Notes: generated by a model not told the origin, from the sequence alone. A DNA stretch of 64,000 nucleotides from Dehalococcoidia bacterium (GCA_965262725.1 OZ253555.1:1728001-1792000); one strand, 5' to 3'. Positions 39,090 to 48,948 are shown, numbered from the stretch's first letter. Numbers and translations are program-made.

Positions 39090-40479
39090 GCACGTCCCCC
39101 TGATAGCGATCGTCGGGCGGCCGAACGTCGGCAAGTCGGCCCTGTTCAACCGGCTGACGCGCAGCCGCGGGGCGCTGGTCGAGGACCTTCCCGGCACCAC
39201 GCGGGACCGCATCTACGGGCGCCTGGAGTGGCGCGGCCGGCGGCTCGCTGTCGTCGACACCGGGGGGCTCGCTGACCGCGACGAGGATCCGTTCGCCCCG
39301 CTCGTGCGCGAGGGGATCAAGCACGCGCTCGGCGAGGCGAGCGCGGCCGTGCTCGTCGTCGACGGCGCCGCCCCGCTCACCTCGGCGGACAGCGAGGCCG
39401 CGGGTCTCATCCGCCGATCGGGGTTGCCGGTGCTCGTGGTCGCGAACAAGGCCGACCGCTCGTCGGCCTCCGATCACGCCCACGAGGCGCACGCGCTCGG
39501 GCTGGGAGAGCCGGTCGCCCTCTCCGCCTACCACGGGACCGGCGTCGGCGAGCTGCTCGATGCCCTGATCGGGCTGCTGCCGGAGGCTCCGGGAGCCGAC
39601 GCGGGACCGGCGGAGGAGCACCCGATCCGCGTCGCGATCATCGGCCGCCCGAACGTCGGCAAGTCCTCGCTCGTGAACGCGATCCTCGGGCAGAGGCGCG
39701 TGATCGTCTCCGACCTCCCCGGCACGACGCGCGACGCCGTGGACACGCCGTTCGCGTTCGAGTCGCGGCAGATGCTGCTCGTCGACACGGCGGGGATCCG
39801 TCGGCGCGGGCGGGTCGAACGCGGCGTGGAGCGCCACTCCGTGCAGCGGGCGAGGCGCGCCATCGATCGCGCCGACGTCGTCGTGCTCATGCTCGATCAG
39901 GCGGAGCCCCTCACGCAGCAGGACGCACACATCGCCGGCTACGCGCAGGAGCGCGCGACCGGCCTGGTGCTCGCGGTCTCGAAGTGGGACCTCGTGCCGC
40001 AGGCCATCGATCCGCGCGACGTCGGCTCGGCCGTCGACCGGCGCTATCACTTCGTGCCGTGGGCGCCGGTTCTCGTCACCTCCTCGGTGACGGCCGAGGG
40101 GATCCGCGACCTCCTCGAACTCGTGGTACACATCGCGGAGGTCCGCCGGCGCCGCGTGCAGACCTCGGAGCTCAACATGGTGCTGCACCGCGCCGTCGCG
40201 CGGCACGCGCCTCCCGGCGGGGGAGCGAAGCGGCTGCGCTTCCTCTACGCCACGCAGGCCGAGGTCGCGCCTCCGACCTTCGTGCTCTTCGTGAACGACG
40301 TCTCGCTGGTGCACTTCTCCTACCGCCGCTTTCTGGAGAATCGCATCCGCGACGCCTTCGACTTCGCGGGGACGGGGATACGGATGGTCTTCCGCGCGCG
40401 CGCGAACCTCTCGCGGGAGGAACGGGCGGCGGGCGGGCGCGCGGGCGCCCGCCGCGAGCGGGTGGGGGCGGGGGAATGA
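39082..40479 (+). CDS. der: Ribosome biogenesis GTPase Der
   Basis: Two GRPNVGKS / GTTRD G-domains and a KH-like tail (PPTF). Confidence 0.96.
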   Translation: MNEHVPLIAIVGRPNVGKSALFNRLTRSRGALVEDLPGTTRDRIYGRLEWRGRRLAVVDTGGLADRDEDPFAPLVREGIKHALGEASAAVLVVDGAAPLTSADSEAAGLIRRSGLPVLVVANKADRSSASDHAHEAHALGLGEPVALSAYHGTGVGELLDALIGLLPEAPGADAGPAEEHPIRVAIIGRPNVGKSSLVNAILGQRRVIVSDLPGTTRDAVDTPFAFESRQMLLVDTAGIRRRGRVERGVERHSVQRARRAIDRADVVVLMLDQAEPLTQQDAHIAGYAQERATGLVLAVSKWDLVPQAIDPRDVGSAVDRRYHFVPWAPVLVTSSVTAEGIRDLLELVVHIAEVRRRRVQTSELNMVLHRAVARHAPPGGGAKRLRFLYATQAEVAPPTFVLFVNDVSLVHFSYRRFLENRIRDAFDFAGTGIRMVFRARANLSREERAAGGRAGARRERVGAGE

Positions 40480-41102
40480 GCCCCGCGATCGCCGCCGTGG
40501 TCGGCTACCTCTTGGGCTCGATCCCGAGCGGCGTGCTGGTCGGACGCTTGGTGTCGGGGCACGACGTGCGGGAGTTCGGCTCGGGGAAGAGCGGCTTCAC
40601 GAACACGCTCCGCTCGGCCGGGGTCGGAGCGGCGCTGGTGGTGCTGGCGGCCGACACCGCGAAGGGTGCGCTCCCGGTCGTGCTGGGGCGCGTCGTCTTG
40701 GACGACCCGTGGGCCGTCGCGGTGGGGGGACTCTGCGCCGTGGCCGGTCACAACTGGCCGCTCTTCGCCGGCTTCCGCGGCGGGCGCGGGGTGGCGACGA
40801 GCCTCGGCGCCTTCGCGGCGATGGCGCCGGCGGCGGCGCTCGCCGTCGTCGCTCTCGGACTGATCCTGCTCGCCACCACGCGTTACGTCTCGCTGACGTC
40901 GATGGCGTCGACGGCGGCGGGCTTCGCCGCGATCGTCGCGCTTGTGCTCGCCGGCAGGCTACCGGAGCCTTATCTGCTCTTCGCCATCGGCGCGGCGTCG
41001 GCGGTGGAGCTCTCCCACCTCGAGAACCTGAGGCGGCTGCTCGCCGGCACCGAGCCGAAGCTGGGACATGGGGGCTCGCGGCGGGGCGGCGTGAGCCCGT
41101 GA
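40476..41102 (+). CDS. plsY: Glycerol-3-phosphate acyltransferase PlsY
   Basis: GYLLGSIP, GSGKSGFTN, GHNWP, FRGGRGVAT. Confidence 0.93.
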   Translation: MSPAIAAVVGYLLGSIPSGVLVGRLVSGHDVREFGSGKSGFTNTLRSAGVGAALVVLAADTAKGALPVVLGRVVLDDPWAVAVGGLCAVAGHNWPLFAGFRGGRGVATSLGAFAAMAPAAALAVVALGLILLATTRYVSLTSMASTAAGFAAIVALVLAGRLPEPYLLFAIGAASAVELSHLENLRRLLAGTEPKLGHGGSRRGGVSP

Positions 41103-42154
41103 GCGGGGAGCCGGCGGCAGGCGTGCGCCGCGCCGTCGTGGTGGGAACCACCGCCTGGGGCACGACGCTCGCGCTGCTGCTCGCCAGGAACGGCGTGCCG
41201 ACCACGCTGCTCGCCCGCACCGGGGAGGAGGCCTCCCGCCTCGCCGCGGCCGGCGAAAACCGCCGCCGCCTGCCGGGCTCGCGCTTCCCTGCGGGGCTCT
41301 CCGTCGCGGCGGGCGAGGCGAGTCTCCATGAGGCCGACCTGGTCTGCCTCGCGGTCCCGTCGCGCACGATGCCGGATAACCTCCGGCGGCTCGCTCCCGG
41401 CGTCGCGCCGGGGGCGGTCGTGCTCTCGGCGACGAAGGGGATCGAGCCGGGGAGCGGGCGGCGCATGTGCGAGCTGATCGCGGAGGCGCTGCCCGGCCGG
41501 GCGGTGGCCGCGCTCTCCGGCCCGAACTTCGCTGCCGAGGTCGCGGCGGGCCTTCCGGGCACCACCGTGATCGCGAGCGCGAGCCCCGAGGTGTCGGCGT
41601 CGCTGCGCCGCGCCTTCCACTCCACGCGCTTCCGTGTGTACAGCTCGCGCGACGTCGTGGGCGTCGAGCTCGGCGGCGCGCTGAAGAACGTGATCGCCAT
41701 CGCGAGCGGGATCGTCGATGCGCTCGGATACGGCGACAACGCGAAGGCGGCGATCCTGACGCGGGGCCTCGCGGAAATGACGCGGCTCGGCGCCGCCGCG
41801 GGCGCGGAGCCGCTTACCTTCTACGGCCTGGCCGGTGTGGGCGATCTCGTCGCGACCTCCTACGGCCCGCTCTCGCGCAACCGCCGGCTCGGCGAGATCC
41901 TGGGCCGGGGCGTCGCGCTCGAGGAGGCGCTCACGACGCTCGCCGAGACGGCCGAGGGTGTGGTCACGATGCCGGCCGCTCTCGCGCTGGCGCGCTGGCA
42001 CGGTGTCGAGATGCCGATCGCCGAGGGACTCGCCGGCATCCTCGCGGGAACCTCGTCGCCCGGGGAGATCGTGCGCTCGCTGATGGAGCGCCAGTCGGGG
42101 CCGGAGGTCCCGGAGGCGCCCGCCCTCGGAGTCGCGTCGGGCGGAGCGCGATGA
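41099..42154 (+). CDS. gpsA: NAD(P)H-dependent glycerol-3-phosphate dehydrogenase
   Basis: TKGIE, LSGPNFA, GGALKNVIA, GVGDL, SRNR. Confidence 0.94.
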   Translation: MSGEPAAGVRRAVVVGTTAWGTTLALLLARNGVPTTLLARTGEEASRLAAAGENRRRLPGSRFPAGLSVAAGEASLHEADLVCLAVPSRTMPDNLRRLAPGVAPGAVVLSATKGIEPGSGRRMCELIAEALPGRAVAALSGPNFAAEVAAGLPGTTVIASASPEVSASLRRAFHSTRFRVYSSRDVVGVELGGALKNVIAIASGIVDALGYGDNAKAAILTRGLAEMTRLGAAAGAEPLTFYGLAGVGDLVATSYGPLSRNRRLGEILGRGVALEEALTTLAETAEGVVTMPAALALARWHGVEMPIAEGLAGILAGTSSPGEIVRSLMERQSGPEVPEAPALGVASGGAR

Positions 42155-43227
42155 CGGGGCAGGCGGGCGGGGGCGGCTGGGACGAGCCGCCGGGCCCCGT
42201 GCCGCCACCGGGCGGGCTGGGCGAGGGCGAGCTGGGCGAGGGCGAGCTGGGCGAGGCGGACGAGGGCGCGGCGAGTGTCCTGCCGCCGGAGGAGGTCGTC
42301 GCCGAGATCGATGCGGGTGGCGTGCTCCCCTCCCGCGAACGCCTGCGCTCGCTCGCCGGCGCGCCGGACGAGGTGCTTTCCCGCTTCGTCGGGCTCTGGC
42401 CGCGCCTCGCACCCGAGCGCCGCCGGTCGCTGCTCACGGCGCTGATGGCGCTCTCCGAGGAGGACGCGACGCTCGACTTCCACCGCATCTCTCTCACCGC
42501 GCTGCTCGACGCCGACGTGGCGACGCGCATCCTCGCCATCAGGGGCCTGCGGGAGGAGGAGCGTCCGGAGTACCTGCGGCTGCTCCTCGACCGGCTCAGG
42601 GATGACGGGGCGCCCGCCGTGCGCGCCGAGGTCGCCGACGCGCTCGGGCGCTTCGTCGTGTCGATGGAGTTCGGGATGGTCGATGAGGACCACGCCGCGC
42701 TTCTCGTCGGGGGGCTGCGCGACGTCGCGGAGGACGTGACCGAGCCGGACGATCTCCGCGCCCGGACGCTCGAGGCGCTCGGCGCGTCGAGCGAGGAGTG
42801 GGTGAGCGAGCTGATCGCCGACTTCTACCAGGCCGGGAGCGACCGCCTCCGGCTCGGCGCGCTCCGGTCGATGGGGCGCAACGCGCGCGACGAGTGGCTG
42901 CCGCTGCTCCTGGCGGCCTTCGACGACGAGGATCCGGAGCTGCGCGCCGCCTCGGCGACCTCGGCCGGTGCTCTCCTGCTGGACGACGCGGTCGATCCGC
43001 TGCTCCTGCTCGCGGTCGGCGACGCGGAGAGGGAGGTGCAGCTCGCTGCGGTCGCGGCGCTCGGCGAGATCGGGAGCACGCTCGCCATCAGGGTGCTCAG
43101 GCGCCTCGCCCGTGAGGGGCCCCCCGAGTGCGCCGCCGCGGCCATCGGGGCGCTCTCCCGGGCGGAGATGGTGCCGCTCAGCGGGCTGGAGGGCTCCCTC
43201 GAGGACGGCGAGGAGGACGACGCGTGA
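42151..43227 (+). CDS. HEAT-repeat protein
   Basis: Repeated L-D-x-D-xx-V/L-R-xx-A-xx-ALG helical pairs. Confidence 0.8.
   Translation: MTGQAGGGGWDEPPGPVPPPGGLGEGELGEGELGEADEGAASVLPPEEVVAEIDAGGVLPSRERLRSLAGAPDEVLSRFVGLWPRLAPERRRSLLTALMALSEEDATLDFHRISLTALLDADVATRILAIRGLREEERPEYLRLLLDRLRDDGAPAVRAEVADALGRFVVSMEFGMVDEDHAALLVGGLRDVAEDVTEPDDLRARTLEALGASSEEWVSELIADFYQAGSDRLRLGALRSMGRNARDEWLPLLLAAFDDEDPELRAASATSAGALLLDDAVDPLLLLAVGDAEREVQLAAVAALGEIGSTLAIRVLRRLAREGPPECAAAAIGALSRAEMVPLSGLEGSLEDGEEDDA
42216..42256. repeat. 15-bp tandem repeat, about 2.7 copies (LGEGE)
   Basis: gctgggcgagggcga repeated in the N-terminus of the HEAT protein. Confidence 0.8.
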
Positions 43228-43697
43228 GCCCCGCCCGGGGTCCGCGCCGCCGCACGATCGCCGCGGGCGGGGTTGTCTACCGCCGCGGCGTCTCGGGAGT
43301 CGAGGTCGTGCTGGTCGGGCGCTCCGACGAGGGGCTGTGGGCCCTCCCCAAGGGACGGCCCGAGGCCGGGGAGTCGCTCGCGGAGACCGCCCGCCGCGAG
43401 GTGGAGGAGGAGACCGGCCTCCGCGTCGAGATTGCGAGGCCGATCGGCGAGATCCGTTACACCCACATGACGCGCGGGGGTGTCCGCGTCGCGAAGGTCG
43501 TCCACCACTACCTGATGACCGCCTCGGGCGGTGACCCGGGGGATCACGACGACGAGTACGACATCGTGGCGTGGCTGTCGGCTCCTCAGGCACTGCGCCG
43601 GCTGACCTACGACAACGAGCGGGATATGCTGCGGCTCGCGCTCGAGCTGGTAGCCCTCGAGCGGGATCGGGGCGGCTCCGAGGAGGCGGCAGGGTGA
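43224..43697 (+). CDS. Nudix hydrolase (Ap4A hydrolase-like)
   Basis: AAGGVV, WALPKG, ARREVEEETG. Confidence 0.88.
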   Translation: MSPARGPRRRTIAAGGVVYRRGVSGVEVVLVGRSDEGLWALPKGRPEAGESLAETARREVEEETGLRVEIARPIGEIRYTHMTRGGVRVAKVVHHYLMTASGGDPGDHDDEYDIVAWLSAPQALRRLTYDNERDMLRLALELVALERDRGGSEEAAG

Positions 43698-44248
43698 CGA
43701 GGACGGCGCCACGGGTCATCGCGCGCGGCCGGCTGGTGCGCCTCCGCGAGAAGCACCTCGACGACGCCGAGCGCGACTACGCGTGGCGCTCCGACGCCGA
43801 GCTCGCCACCTTCGACGCCGCCCCTCCGCTCTCGATCTCCTTCCGCAGCTTCGTGACGACGCTCGCCGAGGAGCTCAAGAACTCGGGCGCGACCCGGCGC
43901 GTCTTCGCCATCGAGGAGGCCGGCGGCTCCGAGCACATCGGCAACGTCATGTACTACGGCTACGACGCCGGGCGCGCCGAAGGGGAATTCGGCATAACCA
44001 TCGGCAACCGCGACTACTGGGGCCGGGGCTACGGGTCGGAGGCGACGCGCCTCCTCCTCGACTACCTCTTCGCCGAGGTCGGACTGCGGCGCGTCTACCT
44101 GCACACCCTCACCTGGAACCACCGGGCCCAGGGGGCGTTCGAGAAGGCGGGATTCCGCCCCGTGCGCACGGTCCACCGCATGGGGCACGACTTCGTGCTG
44201 ATGGAGGCGTACCGCCCCGGCCCCGAGCCGGGGGCGCACCGCCGGTAG
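43694..44248 (+). CDS. RimJ/RimL-type GNAT N-acetyltransferase
   Basis: EFGITIG, YWGRGYGSEA, N.RA..AFEKAGF. Confidence 0.88.
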   Translation: MTRTAPRVIARGRLVRLREKHLDDAERDYAWRSDAELATFDAAPPLSISFRSFVTTLAEELKNSGATRRVFAIEEAGGSEHIGNVMYYGYDAGRAEGEFGITIGNRDYWGRGYGSEATRLLLDYLFAEVGLRRVYLHTLTWNHRAQGAFEKAGFRPVRTVHRMGHDFVLMEAYRPGPEPGAHRR

Positions 44249-44291
44249 CCGGGAGCGCCGCTGCCGCCGGCCGGCCGCCCCCGGGGCCGGG

Positions 44292-45200
44292 TCAGCTCGC
44301 CGGCGGCGCCGGGTTGGCGAGACCCCGCATCAGCTCGGTCGGGACGACCGCCGCGAGTTCGGCGACGCTCCAGCGCTCGCTCTTGTTGATGGAGCGCAGG
44401 GGTTGCGCGTCGTGCGCGATGGAGACCCGGCCGTCCCCGACATAGAACACGCAACCGTTGATGTCCCACGCCTGGTCCGTGCAGAGGTAGGCGACCATGG
44501 GCGCCACGTGGGCCGGCTCGGCGCGCGTCGGCGCCGGGGAGAGCGGGGCGATCCCGGAGGCGGCGCGCGCTGAGCGCGCGCTCTGCGGCACCGACTGCGT
44601 CATCCGGGTCTCGGCTGTGGGCGCGACGGCGTTGGAGGTGACGGCGTAGCGCCCGAGGTCGAGGGCGAGGCAGCGCGCCATACCCGCGATCCCGGCCTTC
44701 GCGGCCCCGTAGTTCGCCTGACCGGAGTTGCCGACCAGCCCCGAGCTGGAGCTGAAGCCGATCAGCCGCCCGAAGCGCTGCTGCCGCATCAGCTGGGAGG
44801 CCGGCCGGACGAGGTGGAAGTAGCCCGCGAGGTGGACGGCGACCACGGTGTCCCACTCGTCCGGCGCCATGTTGAAGACCATGCGATCGCGGAGGATGCC
44901 GGCGGCGTGGATCACGGCGTCGATGCGGTCGAACTCGTCGACCGCGTGCCGGACCATGGACTCGCCCCCCTCGGGCGTCGCGACGCTCCCGGTGTCGGGA
45001 ACGGCCGAGCCGCCCGCGTCCACGATCGCCTGCGCCACCTCCTCGGCCGGGCCGGCGGAGCCGCCCGTGCCGTCGAGGTTGACGCCCGGATCGTTCACGA
45101 CCACGTTCGCGCCGAGACGGCCGAGCAGGAGCGCCACCTCCCGCCCGATGCCGCCCGCGGCTCCGGTCACCAGCGCCGTTCGCCCCGCGAGTGCCGTCAT
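44292..45200 (-). CDS. SDR oxidoreductase (MFE-2/17beta-HSD4-like)
   Basis: TGAAGGIG, VVVNDPG, AGILRDRM, NYGAAK. Confidence 0.92.
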   Translation of the reverse strand: MTALAGRTALVTGAAGGIGREVALLLGRLGANVVVNDPGVNLDGTGGSAGPAEEVAQAIVDAGGSAVPDTGSVATPEGGESMVRHAVDEFDRIDAVIHAAGILRDRMVFNMAPDEWDTVVAVHLAGYFHLVRPASQLMRQQRFGRLIGFSSSSGLVGNSGQANYGAAKAGIAGMARCLALDLGRYAVTSNAVAPTAETRMTQSVPQSARSARAASGIAPLSPAPTRAEPAHVAPMVAYLCTDQAWDINGCVFYVGDGRVSIAHDAQPLRSINKSERWSVAELAAVVPTELMRGLANPAPPAS

Positions 45201-45258
45201 CGCTTCGCTCCTCTCGCACCGTGTGGTCCCGACGCGCGCCCCTCCCGTTGCGCCGCGA

Positions 45259-46203
45259 TCACCCGAGTGCCCGCGGGGTCACGTCGCGGCCCGCCACCTC
45301 GACGTCCTCCGGGGGCGGCGACGGGTTCCGCCGCCGGCGCATCAGCACGTAGTGCACGCCGTCGTCGAGCTCGGCGAGCGTCCACGGCGGCGTGGGGGTG
45401 AGGATCGTGTGCTCCGGCAGCGGTTGGTGGGCCAGGGAGACGCGCCCCCCCTGCACGTGGAAGATCTGGCCGTTGATGTTCCAGGCGTAGTCGGAGGCCA
45501 GGTAGCCGACCATCGGGGCCACGTCCTCCGCCTCGCGCATCCCGCCGAAGGCGGAGCGCGGGGCGGAGCCGCGCCCGCTCCCGCCGCCCGGGACCTCCGC
45601 CGTCATGCGCGTCGCGGCCACCGGGGAGACGGCGTTCACCGTCACGCCGTAGCGGCCGAGGTCCCGGGCCGCCACACGCGTGAGGCCGGCGATGGCCGCC
45701 TTCGCGGCGCCGTAGTTCACCTGCCCGGGGTTGCCGAGCAGCCCGGAGACGGAGGTGAAGTTGATGATCCGCCCGGCGCGCTGCGCGCGCATCTGGAGCG
45801 AGGCGGGGCGGATGGTGTTGAAGTGGCCGCTCAGGTGGACGGCGATGACCGCGTCCCACTCCTGCTGCGTCATGTTGAAGATCATGCGGTCGCGGAGGAT
45901 GCCAGCGCAGTTGACCACGATGTCGAGGCGGCCGTAGGCCGCAACGGCTTGCTCCACCATCGCCTCGCCGCCTGCGGCCTCGGCGACCGAGTCGAAGTTG
46001 CCCTGCGCCTCGCCACCCGCGGCGACGATCGCGCTCGCTGTCTGCTCCGCGGGCCCGTTGTCGTGGCCGGTGCCGTCGGTGTTGACGCCGGGGTCGTTGA
46101 CCACGACCGAGGCCCCCTCGGCCCCGAGCAGCGCCGCGACCGCGGCCCCGATGCCGCGGCCCGCCCCCGTCACCAGCGCGACCTTGCCGTCCAGCGCTCC
46201 CAT
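45259..46203 (-). CDS. SDR oxidoreductase, paralog of 44292..45200
   Basis: TGAGRGIG, VVVNDPG, AGILRDRM, NYGAAK. Confidence 0.92.
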   Translation of the reverse strand: MGALDGKVALVTGAGRGIGAAVAALLGAEGASVVVNDPGVNTDGTGHDNGPAEQTASAIVAAGGEAQGNFDSVAEAAGGEAMVEQAVAAYGRLDIVVNCAGILRDRMIFNMTQQEWDAVIAVHLSGHFNTIRPASLQMRAQRAGRIINFTSVSGLLGNPGQVNYGAAKAAIAGLTRVAARDLGRYGVTVNAVSPVAATRMTAEVPGGGSGRGSAPRSAFGGMREAEDVAPMVGYLASDYAWNINGQIFHVQGGRVSLAHQPLPEHTILTPTPPWTLAELDDGVHYVLMRRRRNPSPPPEDVEVAGRDVTPRALG

Positions 46204-46267
46204 GCCTCGCCCCCTCGCTGCGCCTCGTCCCGAGACCGCTTGCGGCCGTCGCCCCAGAGGCCCGGCC

Positions 46268-47053
46268 CTATCTCCGTGCCGCGGCCGCCTGGCTCCGCGT
46301 CCACTCTCGCCGCCGCGCGGCGATCCGCCGCCAGCGCCCGGCCAGGTCCGCGGGGACGTCGTGGTGCGCGGGATCCTCCGCCAGCTCGCCGCGCGTGAGA
46401 TCGACCGCCCAGACGCGCCCGGCGAGCAGCTCCTCGACGAGCTCCTCCTCGCTCGAGACGGGCCGCTCGAAGTAGGTCGCCGCGCGGCCCACGTCCTCCG
46501 GCCGGTGGCTGTCCGAGGCGCCGCTCCGCGGCATCCCGAGCCGTTCGGCGAGCTCCTGCGAGAAGCCGTTCTCGGCGAGCGAGCCGCGGCCGTTGAGCAC
46601 GTCCATCGCGCACATCCCATCCGCGTGAAACAGGGCGACCCCCTCCGCGCGCTGCAGGGCCTTCGCGTACTCGCGGCGGTCGTCCCACTCCATCGTCTGC
46701 AGCACGACCGGCTGGGGCATCCAGCGCCGGTACGGATGCGCGGCGATCATCGCACCGCCGGCCGCCCGCACACGGGCGGTCAGATCGCGCAGGCGGTGCA
46801 TCGCGACGTCGTAGTGGTGGAGCCCGAAGACCAGCGCGTGCCCCTCCTCCACGTTCATCTCGATGCCGGCCAGGACGAGGAAGCGGTGCCGCCTGGCGAG
46901 CGCTCGAGCCTCCTGGGGGTCGAAGGCGGTGTCGTGCTCGGTGAAGACGACGCCGTCGAGCCCCCTCGCCTTCGCCCGCTCGATCACCTCGTCCGGCGTG
47001 AGCTCCGAGTCCCACGAGTGCGGGCGCGTGTGGGCGTGCAGATCAATGAGCAC
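46268..47053 (-). CDS. PHP-domain metallophosphoesterase
   Basis: IDLHAHT, TEHD, GIE, AHP, ASDSH. Confidence 0.88.
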   Translation of the reverse strand: MLIDLHAHTRPHSWDSELTPDEVIERAKARGLDGVVFTEHDTAFDPQEARALARRHRFLVLAGIEMNVEEGHALVFGLHHYDVAMHRLRDLTARVRAAGGAMIAAHPYRRWMPQPVVLQTMEWDDRREYAKALQRAEGVALFHADGMCAMDVLNGRGSLAENGFSQELAERLGMPRSGASDSHRPEDVGRAATYFERPVSSEEELVEELLAGRVWAVDLTRGELAEDPAHHDVPADLAGRWRRIAARRREWTRSQAAAARR

Positions 47054-47115
47054 CGGCCGCTCAGGTCCCGTACGCCCGGCGCTGGATCGGGGGGATGCCG
47101 CTCGCCGCACGCACC

Positions 47116-48321
47116 CTAGTCGGCCGTCAGCACCAGCGTCGCCGTGGTCGCGAGCGAGCCGCCGGTGCCGTTCACCACCGCCGAGCGCGCCTCCACCTGC
47201 CGGCCCGGGAGCCCCACGGCGGTGCGGGCGAGCTGCCGCTGCGCCTCGACCAGCAGCATCATGCCGTACATCCCCGAGTGCGAGAAGGAGAGACCGCCGC
47301 CGTTGGTGTTGACGGGGAGGCGGCCGCCCGGGCGCGCATCGTCCCCGGCCCAGAGGCTTGCCCCCTCGCCGCGCGGCGTCAGCCCGAGCATCTCCGCCGT
47401 GACGGCGGCGGTGTAGGTGAAGGAGTCGTAGATCATCGCCATCTCCATCTCGCCCGGACCCATCCCGGCCATCCGGTAGGCGCGGGCGGCCGAGTCGCGC
47501 GCGGAGGTGGCGGTGAAGTCCTCCATCTGGGTCATGTTCATATGGGAGAGCGCCTCGCCCGCCCCCTCGATCCAGACCGGCGGGTGCCGGAGGCTGCGCG
47601 CGCGCTCCGGGGTGGTGAGCACCACCGCGGAGCCGTGGTCGGTGACGAGGCAGCAGTCGAGCAGCGAGAGCGGCCAGGCGATCACGCGCGATCCGAGGAC
47701 GGTCTCGATGTCGATGGGGCCGCCGTAGGGGTGCGTCTCCTTCGAGTGCATCACTGCCCGCGGGTTGAGCGTTGCCCACTCCCTGGTCACGACGGCGATG
47801 CGAGCGAAGTCCTCCCTGGTCGCGCCGAAGCGGTGCATGTAGCGGTTCATCGCGTGCGCGTAGAACGAAGGCGCACCCCACGCGCCGTAGAGACGCTCGT
47901 AGAGCTCGCCGGGATCCCAGGGATCGAACTGGTGTGCCCCGCCGGTGCCGCGGCCGCCGCGTCGGGGGCCGGAGAAGCCGCACTCGCCGTGCGAGATCAC
48001 CGCGACCTCGATCTCCCCGGTCGCTATGGCCGCGAGGGCGTGGTGCACGAAGAAGAGGAAGGAGGAGCCCCCCATCTGCGTGCTGTCCATGTAGCGCGGC
48101 CGGATACCCAGGTACTCGGCGAGCGCGGCGGCCGGGAAGCGGCCGCTGCCGCCGGTCGCGAAGACGCCGTCGATCTCCTCCCAGCGCACCCCCGCGTCCT
48201 CGACGGCGTTGCGCACCGCCTCGGCGTGGAGCTGGAGCGAGCTCTTCCCCTCGATGAAGCCGATCTCGTCGGACTCACCGGACCCGACGATGGCGGCGGC
48301 GCGGCGCAGCGGGTGGGGCAT
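47116..48321 (-). CDS. SCP2/Ltp-type thiolase-family protein
   Basis: DCCLVTD, IYDSFT, NTNGGGLS; TGATG overlap with the DUF35 gene. Confidence 0.88.
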   Translation of the reverse strand: MPHPLRRAAAIVGSGESDEIGFIEGKSSLQLHAEAVRNAVEDAGVRWEEIDGVFATGGSGRFPAAALAEYLGIRPRYMDSTQMGGSSFLFFVHHALAAIATGEIEVAVISHGECGFSGPRRGGRGTGGAHQFDPWDPGELYERLYGAWGAPSFYAHAMNRYMHRFGATREDFARIAVVTREWATLNPRAVMHSKETHPYGGPIDIETVLGSRVIAWPLSLLDCCLVTDHGSAVVLTTPERARSLRHPPVWIEGAGEALSHMNMTQMEDFTATSARDSAARAYRMAGMGPGEMEMAMIYDSFTYTAAVTAEMLGLTPRGEGASLWAGDDARPGGRLPVNTNGGGLSFSHSGMYGMMLLVEAQRQLARTAVGLPGRQVEARSAVVNGTGGSLATTATLVLTAD

Positions 48322-48803
48322 CAGGATCCTCCCGCCTCCACGTCGGCGCCACCTGCCGGGCCGGGCGGCCCTGCGACGACGCGCCAGAACGGGATGAAGA
48401 CGCCGTCTGCGGCGCGCTCGAACTCGACGCGCACCGGCGCGCCGATCTGGATGCTCGCGGGATCGCTCGCGTCCACGCCCAGGAGCACGGTCATCATCCG
48501 GACGCCCTCGCGGAGGTCGATGAACGCGGTGACGAACGGCGTCTCGTCGTTCCAGCCGCCGAGGCCCCGCTGCTGGACGGCGAAGGTATACACCGTGCCC
48601 TCGCCCGAGGCCTGGTCCCACTCGAGCTCGTGCGAGTGGCAGTGGGGGCAGATCGTGCGCGGGTAGAAGTGCGCGCGCGAGCACTGCCGGCAGCGCGGGA
48701 GCATCAGCCGACCCTCGGCGGCGCCCTGCCAGAAGGGTCCGGCAGTGATGGTGTCGGGATCGGGAATCGGGCGCGTGTAGACGGGCTCCTCGGGTGGGCT
48801 CAC
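48321..48803 (-). CDS. DUF35 zinc-ribbon / OB-fold protein
   Basis: FW..A..G.L, CRQC, CPHC, ASGEGTVYTF, LREG.RM. Confidence 0.9.
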   Translation of the reverse strand: MSPPEEPVYTRPIPDPDTITAGPFWQGAAEGRLMLPRCRQCSRAHFYPRTICPHCHSHELEWDQASGEGTVYTFAVQQRGLGGWNDETPFVTAFIDLREGVRMMTVLLGVDASDPASIQIGAPVRVEFERAADGVFIPFWRVVAGPPGPAGGADVEAGGS

Positions 48804-48919
48804 GGGGTTCGTCCTCGCCTGGCGCTGCGGCCGATGGGGCATGCGCGCGGCCGCGCCGCGACGATACGGGCGGCCCCTCCGCCGGTCAACGAACCTCGTT
48901 CCGGGGTCCGGCGGATTCA

Positions 48920-48948
48920 TTGCGCACGCGTAGGGCTCATGCTACGTT
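48920..48948 (+). promoter_or_regulatory. Sigma70-type promoter of the nuo operon
   Basis: TTGCGC, 17-nt spacer ending in TGc, then TACGTT; 90 nt upstream of nuoA. Confidence 0.5.
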
